Assembly (NCBI GenBank): GCA_009841605.1
Contig: VXLM01000120.1
Location: 48,167 to 112,166, forward strand
DNA length: 64,000 nucleotides
Origin: Dehalococcoidia bacterium
GTDB taxonomy: Bacteria > Chloroflexota > Dehalococcoidia > Lucifugimonadales > VXLM01
Direction of reading: 5' to 3'
Within the stretch, counting starts at the first letter, position 1. Each line of letters begins with the position of its first letter. Below, piece after piece: positions 8,518 through 18,720 of the stretch. The notes beneath the pieces are model-generated. The model searched no databases. It saw only the letters and a program-made list of their open reading frames with translations, and was not told the origin of the DNA. The translations under genes and the position numbers were made by a program.

Positions 8518-10257
8518 ATGGCTTCGTCCCCCATAAACGAGAACGTCCGCTACGAACCGAACGAGAACCCTCCTTGGCCGGTGGCCGTCGGGGCGGGTCT
8601 GCAGGCGGCCGCGATAATCGTGGCCCCCGTCGCCTTGACCGTGGTCATCGTGGCGCGGATCGCCGAGCAGCCGGACTCATTCATCTCGTGGGGTGTCTTC
8701 GCGGCGCTGATTGTCAGCGGGGTTACGACCGTTCTCCAGGCCGTCCGGGTTGGTCGAGTCGGGGCAGGACACGTGCTCATCATGGGCACGTCGGGGGCGT
8801 TCATCGCGGTGTGCGTTGCGGCCCTGGTCAAGGGCGGACCGGCCACGATGGCGAGCCTCATCATTATTTCGTCGCTGTTCCAGTTCGCGCTGGCTGCCCG
8901 GCTGTCGCTGCTGCGTCGGATATTCACGCCGGTCGTTGCGGGCACGGTCATCATGCTGATAACGGCAACGGTGATGCCCATCGTGTTCGGCTCACTGACG
9001 GATGTGCCGGAGGGAACATCGCAGATGGCGGCTCCGGCGGCGGCCCTAGCTACCATCGTCGTTGTTACTGCCCTCGTGCTCCGCGCTCCGCCCGCATTGC
9101 GGCTGTGGTCGCCCGTACTCGGCATAGTGGTGGGGTGCGCGGTGTCGGCCCCATTCGGCCTGTTCGATCTCCAGCCGATTCTCGATGCGTCATGGGTGGG
9201 CGCGCCATTCGGTTCGTGGCCGGGTTTCGACGTGACGCCAGATGTGGAGTTCTGGGCGCTGCTCCCCGCGTTCGTAGTGGTTACCCTTGTGGGCGCTATC
9301 GAGACCATCGGCGACGGGGTAGCCATCCAGCGGGTCTCACAGCGCAGGCCGCGCGCGACTGACTTCCGGGTGGTGCAGGGCTCTCTCAACGCCGACGGCG
9401 TGGGCAACTTTCTGTCCGGCATATTGGGAACGCTGCCGAACACTACGTACTCGTCCAGCATCTCGCTGGCCGAGGTCACGGGAATTGGCGCGAGGCGGGT
9501 CGGGATCATCATCGGGGCCATCTTCGTAGTGGTGGCATTCTTCCCGAAAGTCGCCGCCCTGCTGATCGCCATACCGCCGCCGGTTGCGGCCGCCTACCTC
9601 ACCGTTCTTCTGGCGCTACTCTTCGTACAGGGCATGAAGATCATCATCCAGGACGGTGTGGACCACCGGAAGGCGGCAGTCGCGGGAGTGGCTTTCTGGG
9701 TCGGCGTGGGGTTCCAGAACCAGTGGATCTTCCCTGACCTGCTGGGAGAGGGATTTTGGAGCGTGCTGCTCGGCAACGGTATGACGTCCGGCGCCCTGGT
9801 CGCGGTCATCATGATGGTGTTCATGGAACTGACGAGTCCTCGTCGCAGGCGTCTCCGTGTCCCGCTGGACTCGGAGGCCCTCCCGAAGCTGAGCGAGTTC
9901 CTCAGGGGGTTTGCCTCGAAGGCAGGTTGGGACTCGGCATCAACCGACCGCCTGCTCCTGGTGGGCGAGGAAACCTTGACCAGCCTGTTGTCGGAAGAAG
10001 ACGGCGTGTTGGAGGAGGACAAACCCCGACACCTGGTTGTCGCCGCCCGGTCGGGTGGTGGAGGAGCCGAGTTGGAGTTCGTGTCGGCAACGGAGGGCGA
10101 GAATCTGGAAGACCGCCTCGCGTATCTCGGAGAAGCGCCCGACATCGCGGACGAACGGGAGATCTCGTTCCGCTTGCTGCGTCACTACGCCTCTTCGGTA
10201 CGCCACCAGAAGTACCACGGCGTGGACATCGTTACGGTTCACGTCGATCGTCCTTGA
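8518..10257 (+). CDS. NCS2 (nucleobase:cation symporter-2 / xanthine-uracil permease) fold transporter with an extra ~135-aa cytoplasmic C-terminal domain
   Basis: 579 aa, polytopic. NCS2-like signatures GAIETIGDGVAI and LPNTTYSSSISLAEVTGIGARRVG. The soluble tail after PRRRRLRV is conserved with the paralog at 11038. Confidence 0.8.
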   Translation: MASSPINENVRYEPNENPPWPVAVGAGLQAAAIIVAPVALTVVIVARIAEQPDSFISWGVFAALIVSGVTTVLQAVRVGRVGAGHVLIMGTSGAFIAVCVAALVKGGPATMASLIIISSLFQFALAARLSLLRRIFTPVVAGTVIMLITATVMPIVFGSLTDVPEGTSQMAAPAAALATIVVVTALVLRAPPALRLWSPVLGIVVGCAVSAPFGLFDLQPILDASWVGAPFGSWPGFDVTPDVEFWALLPAFVVVTLVGAIETIGDGVAIQRVSQRRPRATDFRVVQGSLNADGVGNFLSGILGTLPNTTYSSSISLAEVTGIGARRVGIIIGAIFVVVAFFPKVAALLIAIPPPVAAAYLTVLLALLFVQGMKIIIQDGVDHRKAAVAGVAFWVGVGFQNQWIFPDLLGEGFWSVLLGNGMTSGALVAVIMMVFMELTSPRRRRLRVPLDSEALPKLSEFLRGFASKAGWDSASTDRLLLVGEETLTSLLSEEDGVLEEDKPRHLVVAARSGGGGAELEFVSATEGENLEDRLAYLGEAPDIADEREISFRLLRHYASSVRHQKYHGVDIVTVHVDRP

Positions 10258-10399
10258 CAGCGGCGCGTTGCGCGGGCCGGACGGCAATAGGAACTCCCCT
10301 GGACATCATCAAGCGGTGGTTTACATTCTTGCCGTGCGCAGATACCATCACGCCGATTGACCTGACGGTGCCCGTCCCCGTCCGCTCAAGGAGACTACA

Positions 10400-10900
10400 G
10401 TGTCCGCAATTGATGATGTCTTGAAGAATAATGTGGAATACGTAGAGGCTTTCGGCGAGGGTGGTTCCCTTCATGGAGCGCCCGCGCGCGGGTTGGCGGT
10501 CGTGGCCTGCATGGACGCGCGGCTCGACGTGTACAGGGTGCTTGGTCTCAAGGAAGGGGACGCGCACGTGATACGGAATGCCGGAGGAGTTGTCAGCGAT
10601 GACGCCATCCGCTCGCTGGTGATTTCTCAGCGTTTCTTGGGCACCCGCGAGATCATGCTCATCCATCACTCGGATTGCGGCATGATGACCTTCCGCGATG
10701 ACGCGGCCAAAGACGAGATCGAAGACGAAACGGGGCTCCGCCCGTCCTTCGCGCTGGAGGCGTTTGGAGACCTGGATCAGGACGTGCGTCAGTCCATTGC
10801 CCGTATCAAGGTCAGTCCCTTCATACCCTCGAAGGACCAAGTTCGCGGCTTTGTCTTCGACTGCGAGACCGGGCACCTCAACGAGGTCGCAGCCGACTGA
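10400..10900 (+). CDS. beta-class carbonic anhydrase
   Basis: 166 aa, GTG start 6 nt after AAGGAG. Zn-ligand context VVACMDARLD ... HHSDCGM, typical of short beta-CAs. Confidence 0.85.
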   Translation: MSAIDDVLKNNVEYVEAFGEGGSLHGAPARGLAVVACMDARLDVYRVLGLKEGDAHVIRNAGGVVSDDAIRSLVISQRFLGTREIMLIHHSDCGMMTFRDDAAKDEIEDETGLRPSFALEAFGDLDQDVRQSIARIKVSPFIPSKDQVRGFVFDCETGHLNEVAAD

Positions 10901-11037
10901 CAGTACTGGCGAAATGGTTTCGAGGGTGCGATATCCCCTTGCGTTAGCGCCTTGCCGATAGGCCAACCCGATGCACAATTGTGGTATTGTGTATCGGGCC
11001 TTAATGCCCACCACGCTTTCGGGTCCCGGAGACCATT

Positions 11038-12819
11038 TTGGCGACGACATCTTCTGGAAGCCCCCGTTACGAAGCACACGAGAGTCCGTCCTATCCGGCC
11101 TCGCTGGGCTATGGTTTGCAATTCAGCCTGATAGCCTCGGCAACGCTGCTGGTGACTCCGGTAATTGTCGCCAGCGCATCGGATATAGGCGAGTCCTATG
11201 TGACCTGGATGGTCTTTGCCTCCTTGGTGGTCGTTGGCCTTTCAACGCTGATCCAGGTGCGCAGGCTCGGGCCGGTTGGCGCCGGAGCCGTTCTTCCGAT
11301 GTTCACTGCGGCTTTCGCCATCCCGTTTTGTATAACGGCGGTGGTGGACGGAGGGCCGACAACCCTGGTGACCCTGGTGATCGTCGCGGCAATAATCCAG
11401 ATCGTCATCTCCAAGTGGCTGTTCCTTCTGAGGCGCATCGTCACCCCGATAGTGGGCGGGACGATAATGATGATACTCTCCATCACCCTGGCTTCCGTCG
11501 TCTTCGATTTGCTGGACAAGGCATCGATGGTGAATCCGGAAGAGGCGCCCCTGACGGCGTTGGCCACCACGGTTATCGTCGCGGCGCTCATGCTTCGCGG
11601 ATCAGCCACGCTGCGTCTCTGGGGACCGTTGATCGGGATACTCGGTGGCTGCATCGTTGCCTTCGCCTTGGGAATCTACGAGTTCGACAGGGTGATCGAT
11701 GCCCCATGGATCGGGCTTCCGAGTGAGGTGCCGGACTTGGGTCTCGACTTTGGAATCCACTTCTGGACGCTGCTCCCGTCGTTCCTGTTCCTCGGCCTGA
11801 TCAACTCCATTCAGGTGAATGGGTCCTCTATCACTAACCAGAGGGTCGCTTGGCGTGAGGAAAGAGCCATAGACTTCCGAGAAGTGCAGAGAGCCCTGGC
11901 GGGGGGAGGCGTGAGCAACCTGCTTGCCGGAATTGGAGGCACGGTGCCCAACGTCGTTAATCCGGCTGGCGCTTCATTCATCCAGACCACCGGTGTCGCA
12001 TCCCGTAGAGTTGGGTACTTCATCGGTGGCATTCTGCTGGTGATGGCGTTCCTCCCGAAGGTGTCCGGCCTGATCGCCACCATACCCGGTCCCGTGATGA
12101 CGGGCTATCTCATCATGGTGACGGGAAGCCTTCTCGTCGACGGCGCGAGGACGGTCTTTCAGGGCGAGCAAGACCGGCAGAAGATTGCGGTCGCGGGGGT
12201 CTGTTTCTGGATTGGCGCGTCATTTCAGTTCGGTCTATTTCATCTTCCGGACATAGGCCCTGTTTGGGGAGCGCTCTTCAAGAGCGGGATAACTACCGGA
12301 GGGTTCGCGGCTGTGCTGATGATCGTCTATCTGGAGCTCACCAACCCGCGTCGTATGCGGTTCCAATCGAGACTCCACATCGACTCACTGCCGGAACTTC
12401 AAGAGTTCATCGCGAAATTCGCCGACAGCAGGGGCTGGGGCACCGAGATGAAGGACAAGCTCAGCGCGGTTGCCGAAGAGACTCTGCTGACACTTGCGCC
12501 GCTGGATTTGGAGTCGTTTGATCTTGATTTGGATGAAGACGAAGCTGAAGGTGAGGAGGATGGGCGACAGCTGATAGTCCTGGCGTCCAGCGATGGTCCG
12601 GTGGCGGACCTGGAGTTCATAGGCGGTGGAAACCAGGAGAACATCGAGGACCAGGTACGCCAGCTCCAGGAGCTTGAAATTGAGACCCCCGCAGAGCATG
12701 AGATATCACTGCGACTGTTGCAGAACTACGCCTCATCCGTGAACCACCAACAATACTCCGGCACAGATGTCATTACGCTACGTGTCGAGTCTCCTGGTGA
12801 ACGACAGGCGGCCGAATAG
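11038..12819 (+). CDS. NCS2-fold transporter paralog with the same C-terminal domain
   Basis: 593 aa with a TTG start. The N-terminus MATTSSGSPRYEAHESP parallels MASSPINENVRYEPNENP of the first copy. It shares the same TM layout and the tail motifs ELEF/DLEF, EISFRLL/EISLRLL and YASSV. Confidence 0.8.
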   Translation: MATTSSGSPRYEAHESPSYPASLGYGLQFSLIASATLLVTPVIVASASDIGESYVTWMVFASLVVVGLSTLIQVRRLGPVGAGAVLPMFTAAFAIPFCITAVVDGGPTTLVTLVIVAAIIQIVISKWLFLLRRIVTPIVGGTIMMILSITLASVVFDLLDKASMVNPEEAPLTALATTVIVAALMLRGSATLRLWGPLIGILGGCIVAFALGIYEFDRVIDAPWIGLPSEVPDLGLDFGIHFWTLLPSFLFLGLINSIQVNGSSITNQRVAWREERAIDFREVQRALAGGGVSNLLAGIGGTVPNVVNPAGASFIQTTGVASRRVGYFIGGILLVMAFLPKVSGLIATIPGPVMTGYLIMVTGSLLVDGARTVFQGEQDRQKIAVAGVCFWIGASFQFGLFHLPDIGPVWGALFKSGITTGGFAAVLMIVYLELTNPRRMRFQSRLHIDSLPELQEFIAKFADSRGWGTEMKDKLSAVAEETLLTLAPLDLESFDLDLDEDEAEGEEDGRQLIVLASSDGPVADLEFIGGGNQENIEDQVRQLQELEIETPAEHEISLRLLQNYASSVNHQQYSGTDVITLRVESPGERQAAE

Positions 12820-12932
12820 ATGCTTACCGGCTAAACTCACTGGATACCGGTCTCGTATCGGTTTACGGGGCAGACTCTTCGCTGGTATGACGGCTGTCCC
12901 CACTCCCAGACGCAAGGACTGAGCGCCACTAC

Positions 12933-14153
12933 CTAGTGCATCGCTGCCGCAATGGCGGCGGCGCGCTCGTTGATGAGCCGTCCTTCGTGGAAGCGGTTAA
13001 GGTCGAATGACCGTATCAGGTCGGGCGTCTCGCCGGTGGTGATGAGCTCTGCCGTCATCTTGCCCGAAATCGGCGCGGCTTTGAATCCCCACGTGCCCCA
13101 GCCGCAGTTGAGGATGAAACCGTCGACGCCGTCCACTGGACCGATGATGGGCGCGAAGTCGGGCGTCATGTCGCAGATGCCCGTCCACTGGCGGAGCACC
13201 TTCACGTCGCGAAGCTTGGGCAGGAGTCGAATGGCGTTGGCGGCCAGTTCTTCCAGCATCTGCAGCGTCGATTTGTGCGAATATGTAGGATAGTGGTCGA
13301 CACCCCCTCCGATGACGAACTCGCCACGCTCAGTCTGGTAGACGTACGTGTGAAGCTCGCCGGACGAGATGGTCGTGTGCATGAATGGCTTGAGCGGCTC
13401 AGTGACGAAGGCTTGGAGCGGGTAGGTGAGGATCGGCACGTCAATGTCCAGCATATGAGTAATGGTCGATGTCCATCCTGCGGTCGCGCTGACGACGACA
13501 TCCGCTCCCACGCGGCCCTTGGCGGTCTCCACGCCGGTGATCCTCCCGTTCTCACGCGTGATTCCCGTGACCTCGGTGAAGGGGTGCAGCTCGACGCCGA
13601 GACGGTCTGCAGCGCGGGCGTAGCCCCAGACGACTCCGTCGTGCCGGGCGACTCCTGCGGGCGGGTGGTGTAGTGCCCCGACGATCGGAAATGGCTTTCC
13701 CTCGCGTAGGTCGATCTGTGGGACGAGCCGCTTGACGCCATCTGGCTCAATGAGGCGGCTGTCCACTCTCATCAGCCGGTTGTACTCGACTCGCTGCCGC
13801 AGCCAGAACAGGGTGGACTCCGTGTGCGCAATGTCCAGCCGTCCAATCTGGCTGAACAGAACGTTCAGGTTGAGCTCCGCCGCAAGCTGCTCGTAGAGCT
13901 TCAGGCTCGCGTTCATGAAGGCGATGCCGTCGGGCGTGAGATAGTTCGACCGGATGATGGCCGTGTTGCGTCCGCTTGCTCCCGCGCCGAGGTAGCTCTT
14001 GTCAAGCACTGCCACCCGCTTAACGCCGAGCTTGGCTAGGTGATACGCCGTCGAGAGACCATGCACGCCACCGCCGATGACGACCACGTCGTAGTGCGGC
14101 GCAAGCACGGCTTGCCGCCAGAACTTTTCCTTCCTGAGTACTTGGAGCACCAT
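12933..14153 (-). CDS. soxB: sarcosine oxidase subunit beta (FAD-dependent oxidoreductase)
   Basis: 406 aa. Dinucleotide fold YDVVVIGGGVHGLSTAYHLAK. Sits in an operon with the alpha, gamma and delta subunits. Confidence 0.85.
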   Translation of the reverse strand: MVLQVLRKEKFWRQAVLAPHYDVVVIGGGVHGLSTAYHLAKLGVKRVAVLDKSYLGAGASGRNTAIIRSNYLTPDGIAFMNASLKLYEQLAAELNLNVLFSQIGRLDIAHTESTLFWLRQRVEYNRLMRVDSRLIEPDGVKRLVPQIDLREGKPFPIVGALHHPPAGVARHDGVVWGYARAADRLGVELHPFTEVTGITRENGRITGVETAKGRVGADVVVSATAGWTSTITHMLDIDVPILTYPLQAFVTEPLKPFMHTTISSGELHTYVYQTERGEFVIGGGVDHYPTYSHKSTLQMLEELAANAIRLLPKLRDVKVLRQWTGICDMTPDFAPIIGPVDGVDGFILNCGWGTWGFKAAPISGKMTAELITTGETPDLIRSFDLNRFHEGRLINERAAAIAAAMH

Positions 14154-14845
14154 CAGGATTCACCGTTTAGAAGCGACATCGCTTCCAACCCAATCGGCGT
14201 CAGTCCGTGTGGTTCGCCCGCATCCATGAGTGACTCCCACATGTGGTCGCCATAGTCACGGCCGAAGAGCAAGTCGTACACTGGAAGTCCACCAATATCC
14301 CTGCGGATTATCGTGCCGTGTATCTCGGCGACCATGCCCTGCGCACAGGAGAGGTTCGGGAAGTACAGCGGAGCTAAGTCGAGATCGGACACGCCCGCGA
14401 GAACTTGCGAGATGTTTGGCCCTATTATCCGCACAGCGGCGAGAACGGAGGTCACGTTGACAGGATGCGCGTAGCCGTCGAGTCGCAGGGAATCAAGAAC
14501 GTAGTCGACGCTTGCCTGTCCCGTCAGGATCAGGCAGTCGTCGTTGGCCAGGCGCGCTACCACCGTGTCACCGGATATAGTTACCGAACCGACCGGCGTG
14601 GCCTTGTAGTCGGGGAGAGCCTCACGGAGAGCTTCATCGACCGTCTCCCCTTGCAAGCGAATCTTGCCGATGTGACTGATATCGGTAATTCCGACGCCCT
14701 CTCGGACCCGGGTCGCCTCCTTTTCGGCGTCCGTGTATCGCGCCGGTAGCGCCCAGCCCTCGTGCTCTACCATCTCGGCCCCGATTTCGAGGTGCCGATA
14801 GTGCATGGCGCTTCTGGCGGATGGTCGCTGGGTCTGCATCATCAC
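14153..14845 (-). CDS. soxG: sarcosine oxidase subunit gamma-like (GcvT-fold)
   Basis: 230 aa. Its start overlaps the soxA stop and its stop overlaps the soxB start. Has a GcvT-like N-terminal segment (REGVGITDISHIGKIRLQG). Confidence 0.7.
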   Translation of the reverse strand: MMMQTQRPSARSAMHYRHLEIGAEMVEHEGWALPARYTDAEKEATRVREGVGITDISHIGKIRLQGETVDEALREALPDYKATPVGSVTISGDTVVARLANDDCLILTGQASVDYVLDSLRLDGYAHPVNVTSVLAAVRIIGPNISQVLAGVSDLDLAPLYFPNLSCAQGMVAEIHGTIIRRDIGGLPVYDLLFGRDYGDHMWESLMDAGEPHGLTPIGLEAMSLLNGES

Positions 14846-17775
14846 TCGCGAAGCCTCTTGCCTTCCGGATCGTAGAAGGGAGTGAGCGTCACCGTTGCAT
14901 CATGGGCGCTTCCCTCGGTCCAAATTCTGATAGTCTCGCCCTCATCGGCGAGATGAGCGGGGACGCGCGCGTAGCCGAATCCCTTGCCCATGGTGGGGCT
15001 GAGCCGAGAGCTGGTGATCCGGCCAATGGGCCAGTTCTCCTCGTCCACGACCGAGTCTCCGTCGTGAGGCACCACGCCGTCGCTCATGACGAACCCCACC
15101 AGCTTGTCGCGGTCCCTTTGATCTCTGGCGAGTCTCAGTCCACCGGCGCCTACAAAGTCGCCCTTGTCGAACTTGACCACCCAGTCCGCGCCCACGTCGA
15201 ATGGGGTCGTGAGCAGATCGGTGTCCTGGCTTGGGATGATGTGCATCTTCTCAAGCCGGAGGATGCGCTGGGCCTCGACCCCGAACGGTCGGATATCGAA
15301 CTCGTCACCGGCGGACAGCAGGGCGTCCCACATGTGCTCCCCATACTCCGCCGGGCAGTGCACCTCCCACCCGGACTCGCCGACGAAGCCAATCTTCAGC
15401 AGGATGGCGGGCACTTCTGCCACGTCACCGCGCTTCACCCGCATGTAGCGGAACTTCGAGGGAGAGAGGTCAATGTTCGTCAGCTTCGAGAGCGTGGCTC
15501 GCGCGTTCGGCCCGGCGATGTTGATGACCGAGTACCCCGACGTGACGTTCGTGACATAAGCGCGCATCTCGCGGTCGGCCATCCACCATTGGAACCACTG
15601 CTCGACCGTATCGACGTTGGCCGTGGATGTCGTGACATAGTAGTGGTCGTCAGCCAGACGCGCGACCGTGCCGTCGTCCATGATAGTACCGTTGTCGCCC
15701 GTGAGCACGCTGTATCGGACGCGCCCGGGGCGCAGGTCTGAGAAGCGGTGCGTGTACACGAAGTCGAGAAGCTCCGGAGCGTCCTTCCCCTGAACGTCGA
15801 GCTTGCCCAGCGTCCCCACGTCGATGATCCCGACGCTCTGCCGGACGGCCTTGGCCTCCTCCTGTGGGTCGCCGTAGCTGTGGGGACGGTGCCAGCCTCC
15901 CGACTCAGCCATCTTGGCGTTCGCCTGAAGATGTCGCTGGTGGATGGGCGTTCGTTTGAATGCCATGTGCATCGGCCCGGCCAGTTCGCCCAATGTGAGC
16001 GGCTGGACAGGTGGGCGGGAGGTAGTCGAGCCGACCTCCGTGAGCGGCGTGTCCGTCTCTTGGGACAAGATCTCCGCAAACCGCTTGTGACACATCTTCC
16101 CCTGGCACGGCCCCATTGTGACCGTGCTGTACCGCTTGAGCATCTGAACGTCACGGAAGCCCTCGTCCACGCCCTGTACCACGTCCTTGGCCAGCACGTC
16201 CTCACAGTAGCAGACGAACTGGCGCGGTCCCGCCGCGAGATCGACCGGGGCCGGTGTGATGAGCACCCGGCGTCGGTATGAGGATATGCTCTCCCTCAGT
16301 GATTGTTTGATGGTCGAACGCTCGGTACCATTCGCGGAGGGCCTGATGGCCGACGATGCTTCAATGCCCGCGAGTCTCCCCTGCAGGGCGGACACGTTCG
16401 GGTCGTGAATGGCGGTCACGTCGCCCGCCGCGTGGACGTACTCCGGCAGATCCACGGGTATGTCCGCGTCCACGTCGAAGTCGCGCATGAACGTTGCTCC
16501 TGCTTGGTGGAGCAGCGCGGACGACGGCTGAAAGCCGCCGCTCATGGCGATGGTGTCGCAGTCGAACTGGCGCTCGTTGCCGGTCGTTCCGTTCGGCCCG
16601 ATCTCACCGACGATACCCCCGATCACGGTTCGCGTGCCCTCCGCCCTGACCATGGCATTGTTGGGGAGAATCAGCACGCCCATGGACTTGAGGGTTGTAG
16701 CGGCGTCGAGATCGCGGCGGAACTCCGGGCGAGTATCGGCGAGGGCGACAATTCTCATGCCCGCTTCGAGCATGTCGAGGGCGGCGTAGTACCCCTCGTC
16801 GTTGGTCGTCACCACGAGCGCGGAGTTGCCCGGCTTGACGCCGTAGAGGTTGATGAGACGCCGGATCCCCGTGCTTAGCATGACGCCGGAGAGGTCGTTG
16901 CGCTCGAACGTGAGAGGCACTTCCTGCGCCCCGGTCGCAACGATCACATGCCGGCCGCGAAGATGCACGATCCCATGCGGTGTACGGACGCCGAGCAGGT
17001 TCCCCTCGTAGTGGCCGAAGACCGTGGAGTCGGAGAGAACGTCGATGCGGTCATGCTCTGTCACGCGGACGGCAAGCGCTTGGCCCGCTTCGGGCGCGGC
17101 GAATTCTCGGTCGTTGATGTTCACGATCTCGTGTCGAGAGCCATACCGGAATTTGCCTCCGAGCGTCGGCTGATCGTCTACGAGGGTGACGTGAGCGCCA
17201 TTGCTTGCAGCTTCCAGCGCGGCCGACATCCCCGCGACGCCCCCCCCAACAACGGCGACGCCGGCATGGGCATACGTGCGGTGTTCAACTGGACGGCTTT
17301 CCGCATCGAGATTGACGCTCCCCAGCCCTGCCAACCGCCGGATGAGGGAAGCCGAGAAGTCCCACAGGGCTCTGGGGCGGTACAGGCCCTTGTAGTAGAA
17401 CCCGATGGGCAGCGCCCAGCGAAAGCGGTCGATGATAGAGAGCAGGTCTCGCTCGAGGCCAGGCCAGGCGTTCTGTCCCTTGACCTTCATTCCCTGTTCC
17501 ACGCGCCGGACGCACGCCCGGACGTTTGGTACGCCGTCGACGGTCATAAGGCAGTTCGGGCAGTTGCCGGAGACGCACAGCATTCCCCGCACGCGGTGGA
17601 ACTTGAAGCTGCGTGAGAAGATGCGGACGCCGGATGCGTACAGCGCGGAGCCGATGGTGTCGCCCTCGTAGGCGTGAATCAGCCTTCCGTTGAACTCGAA
17701 CTCGACCTTCTTGGAGCGGTCGATTAGCTCGATGGGCGAGGGGCTCAGGCGGGAAGAACGACGGTCGGTAGTCAT
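14842..17775 (-). CDS. soxA: sarcosine oxidase subunit alpha (2Fe-2S-like N-terminus, FAD/NAD domain, aminomethyltransferase-like C-terminus)
   Basis: The long ORF is trimmed to the ATG at 17775, which overlaps the soxD stop (ATGA). The N-terminus is MTTDRRSSRLSPSPIELIDRSKKVEFEFNGRLIHAYEGDTIGSAL, and the C-terminal half is GcvT-like. Confidence 0.85.
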   Translation of the reverse strand: MTTDRRSSRLSPSPIELIDRSKKVEFEFNGRLIHAYEGDTIGSALYASGVRIFSRSFKFHRVRGMLCVSGNCPNCLMTVDGVPNVRACVRRVEQGMKVKGQNAWPGLERDLLSIIDRFRWALPIGFYYKGLYRPRALWDFSASLIRRLAGLGSVNLDAESRPVEHRTYAHAGVAVVGGGVAGMSAALEAASNGAHVTLVDDQPTLGGKFRYGSRHEIVNINDREFAAPEAGQALAVRVTEHDRIDVLSDSTVFGHYEGNLLGVRTPHGIVHLRGRHVIVATGAQEVPLTFERNDLSGVMLSTGIRRLINLYGVKPGNSALVVTTNDEGYYAALDMLEAGMRIVALADTRPEFRRDLDAATTLKSMGVLILPNNAMVRAEGTRTVIGGIVGEIGPNGTTGNERQFDCDTIAMSGGFQPSSALLHQAGATFMRDFDVDADIPVDLPEYVHAAGDVTAIHDPNVSALQGRLAGIEASSAIRPSANGTERSTIKQSLRESISSYRRRVLITPAPVDLAAGPRQFVCYCEDVLAKDVVQGVDEGFRDVQMLKRYSTVTMGPCQGKMCHKRFAEILSQETDTPLTEVGSTTSRPPVQPLTLGELAGPMHMAFKRTPIHQRHLQANAKMAESGGWHRPHSYGDPQEEAKAVRQSVGIIDVGTLGKLDVQGKDAPELLDFVYTHRFSDLRPGRVRYSVLTGDNGTIMDDGTVARLADDHYYVTTSTANVDTVEQWFQWWMADREMRAYVTNVTSGYSVINIAGPNARATLSKLTNIDLSPSKFRYMRVKRGDVAEVPAILLKIGFVGESGWEVHCPAEYGEHMWDALLSAGDEFDIRPFGVEAQRILRLEKMHIIPSQDTDLLTTPFDVGADWVVKFDKGDFVGAGGLRLARDQRDRDKLVGFVMSDGVVPHDGDSVVDEENWPIGRITSSRLSPTMGKGFGYARVPAHLADEGETIRIWTEGSAHDATVTLTPFYDPEGKRLRE

Positions 17776-18050
17776 TGCTGACGGGGCCGTTTCTGCGGCC
17801 ACTCGGTCTTGGCGATGCGGTTGGTAACCGTGTCGCGGTGGGCCACGAACCACTTCCGGCATCCGTACGAGTGATACCACCACTCGGTGGTCTCGCCCGC
17901 GATGTTTTTGGTGAAGTAGAAGTATCGCGTAAGGTTCTCGTCGGAGTCATTCATCGACCTGCGCTGCGAGAGCGACGATATCTCTCCGCCGTGCCGGAAC
18001 TCGTGCACGTCGCGCTCACCGCAGCCTGGACATGGCATCAGGAATGACAT
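17772..18050 (-). CDS. soxD: sarcosine oxidase subunit delta
   Basis: 92 aa. MSFLMPCPGCGERDVHEFRHGGE... is a typical SoxD zinc-ribbon N-terminus. Confidence 0.85.
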   Translation of the reverse strand: MSFLMPCPGCGERDVHEFRHGGEISSLSQRRSMNDSDENLTRYFYFTKNIAGETTEWWYHSYGCRKWFVAHRDTVTNRIAKTEWPQKRPRQQ

Positions 18051-18228
18051 GAGGTGTCTCTCAGTGTCGCCAATAATATTCCATGTGTCGAAGGAATGTC
18101 ATGGCCCAACCGGATGCCGATTGCTGCGAGGCTGCACGAACAACCAGCAATGCAAGAGGTGTGTGAAGAATCTGCATCGAGTTCCGGGCCGCCCACTGAA
18201 TCGAGCCAACCTGCAGCCCCGCCCGGAG

Positions 18229-18720
18229 TCACTGGATCGTCTTGATGTACTCGACCAGTGCGTTTATCTCGTCGTCGGAGAGGAAATCGTACGGCGTCAT
18301 GGCGTTGTCGTAGCCGGCCACGATTTTCAGCGACGGGTTGCGAATCGACTCGGCTATGTACGCTTCGTCGACGACCAGAGAAGAACCGTCAGTCATCGCC
18401 TCGGTGCGCCCGAAGAGGCCCAGCCAACTGGGACCGACGAGCTTCGTGCCGTCGATCGAGTGGCAGGCACTGCACGCGTTTCGCTCAGCTACGATCTCGC
18501 CCGCCGCGACCGGATCGGAGAAATCAATTTCCGCCAGGCCCGTATCAGGAGGGGGAGCGCCTATGGCCTCGGCCACGGTGTCCTGCAGTTCCACACTTGC
18601 GGCCATCGGGATGGGGGGAGAGATGCCTTCAGCTTTGAATTCCGACGTTTCGCTGGCGGTACAGGCTGCGAGCATCGTCACGACGGCGACGATGAGCAGC
18701 ATGAATCGAGGTATGTGCAT
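18229..18720 (-). CDS. c-type cytochrome, probable lipoprotein
   Basis: CSACH heme-binding motif and a lipobox-like signal MLLIVAVVTMLAAC. Start chosen at the ATG at 18720; the ORF extends to 18765. Confidence 0.7.
   Translation of the reverse strand: MHIPRFMLLIVAVVTMLAACTASETSEFKAEGISPPIPMAASVELQDTVAEAIGAPPPDTGLAEIDFSDPVAAGEIVAERNACSACHSIDGTKLVGPSWLGLFGRTEAMTDGSSLVVDEAYIAESIRNPSLKIVAGYDNAMTPYDFLSDDEINALVEYIKTIQ

Noticed and set aside
10232-11077. 281-aa minus-strand ORF covering the carbonic anhydrase gene
   Set aside because: It is antisense to a CDS with clear beta-CA motifs and an RBS, and has no motifs of its own.
14821-17616. Series of + strand ORFs (14821..15741, 15748..16281, 16303..16878, 16948..17616) inside soxA
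   Set aside because: They are shadow ORFs opposite the 977-aa SoxA frame, fragmented and compositionally biased.
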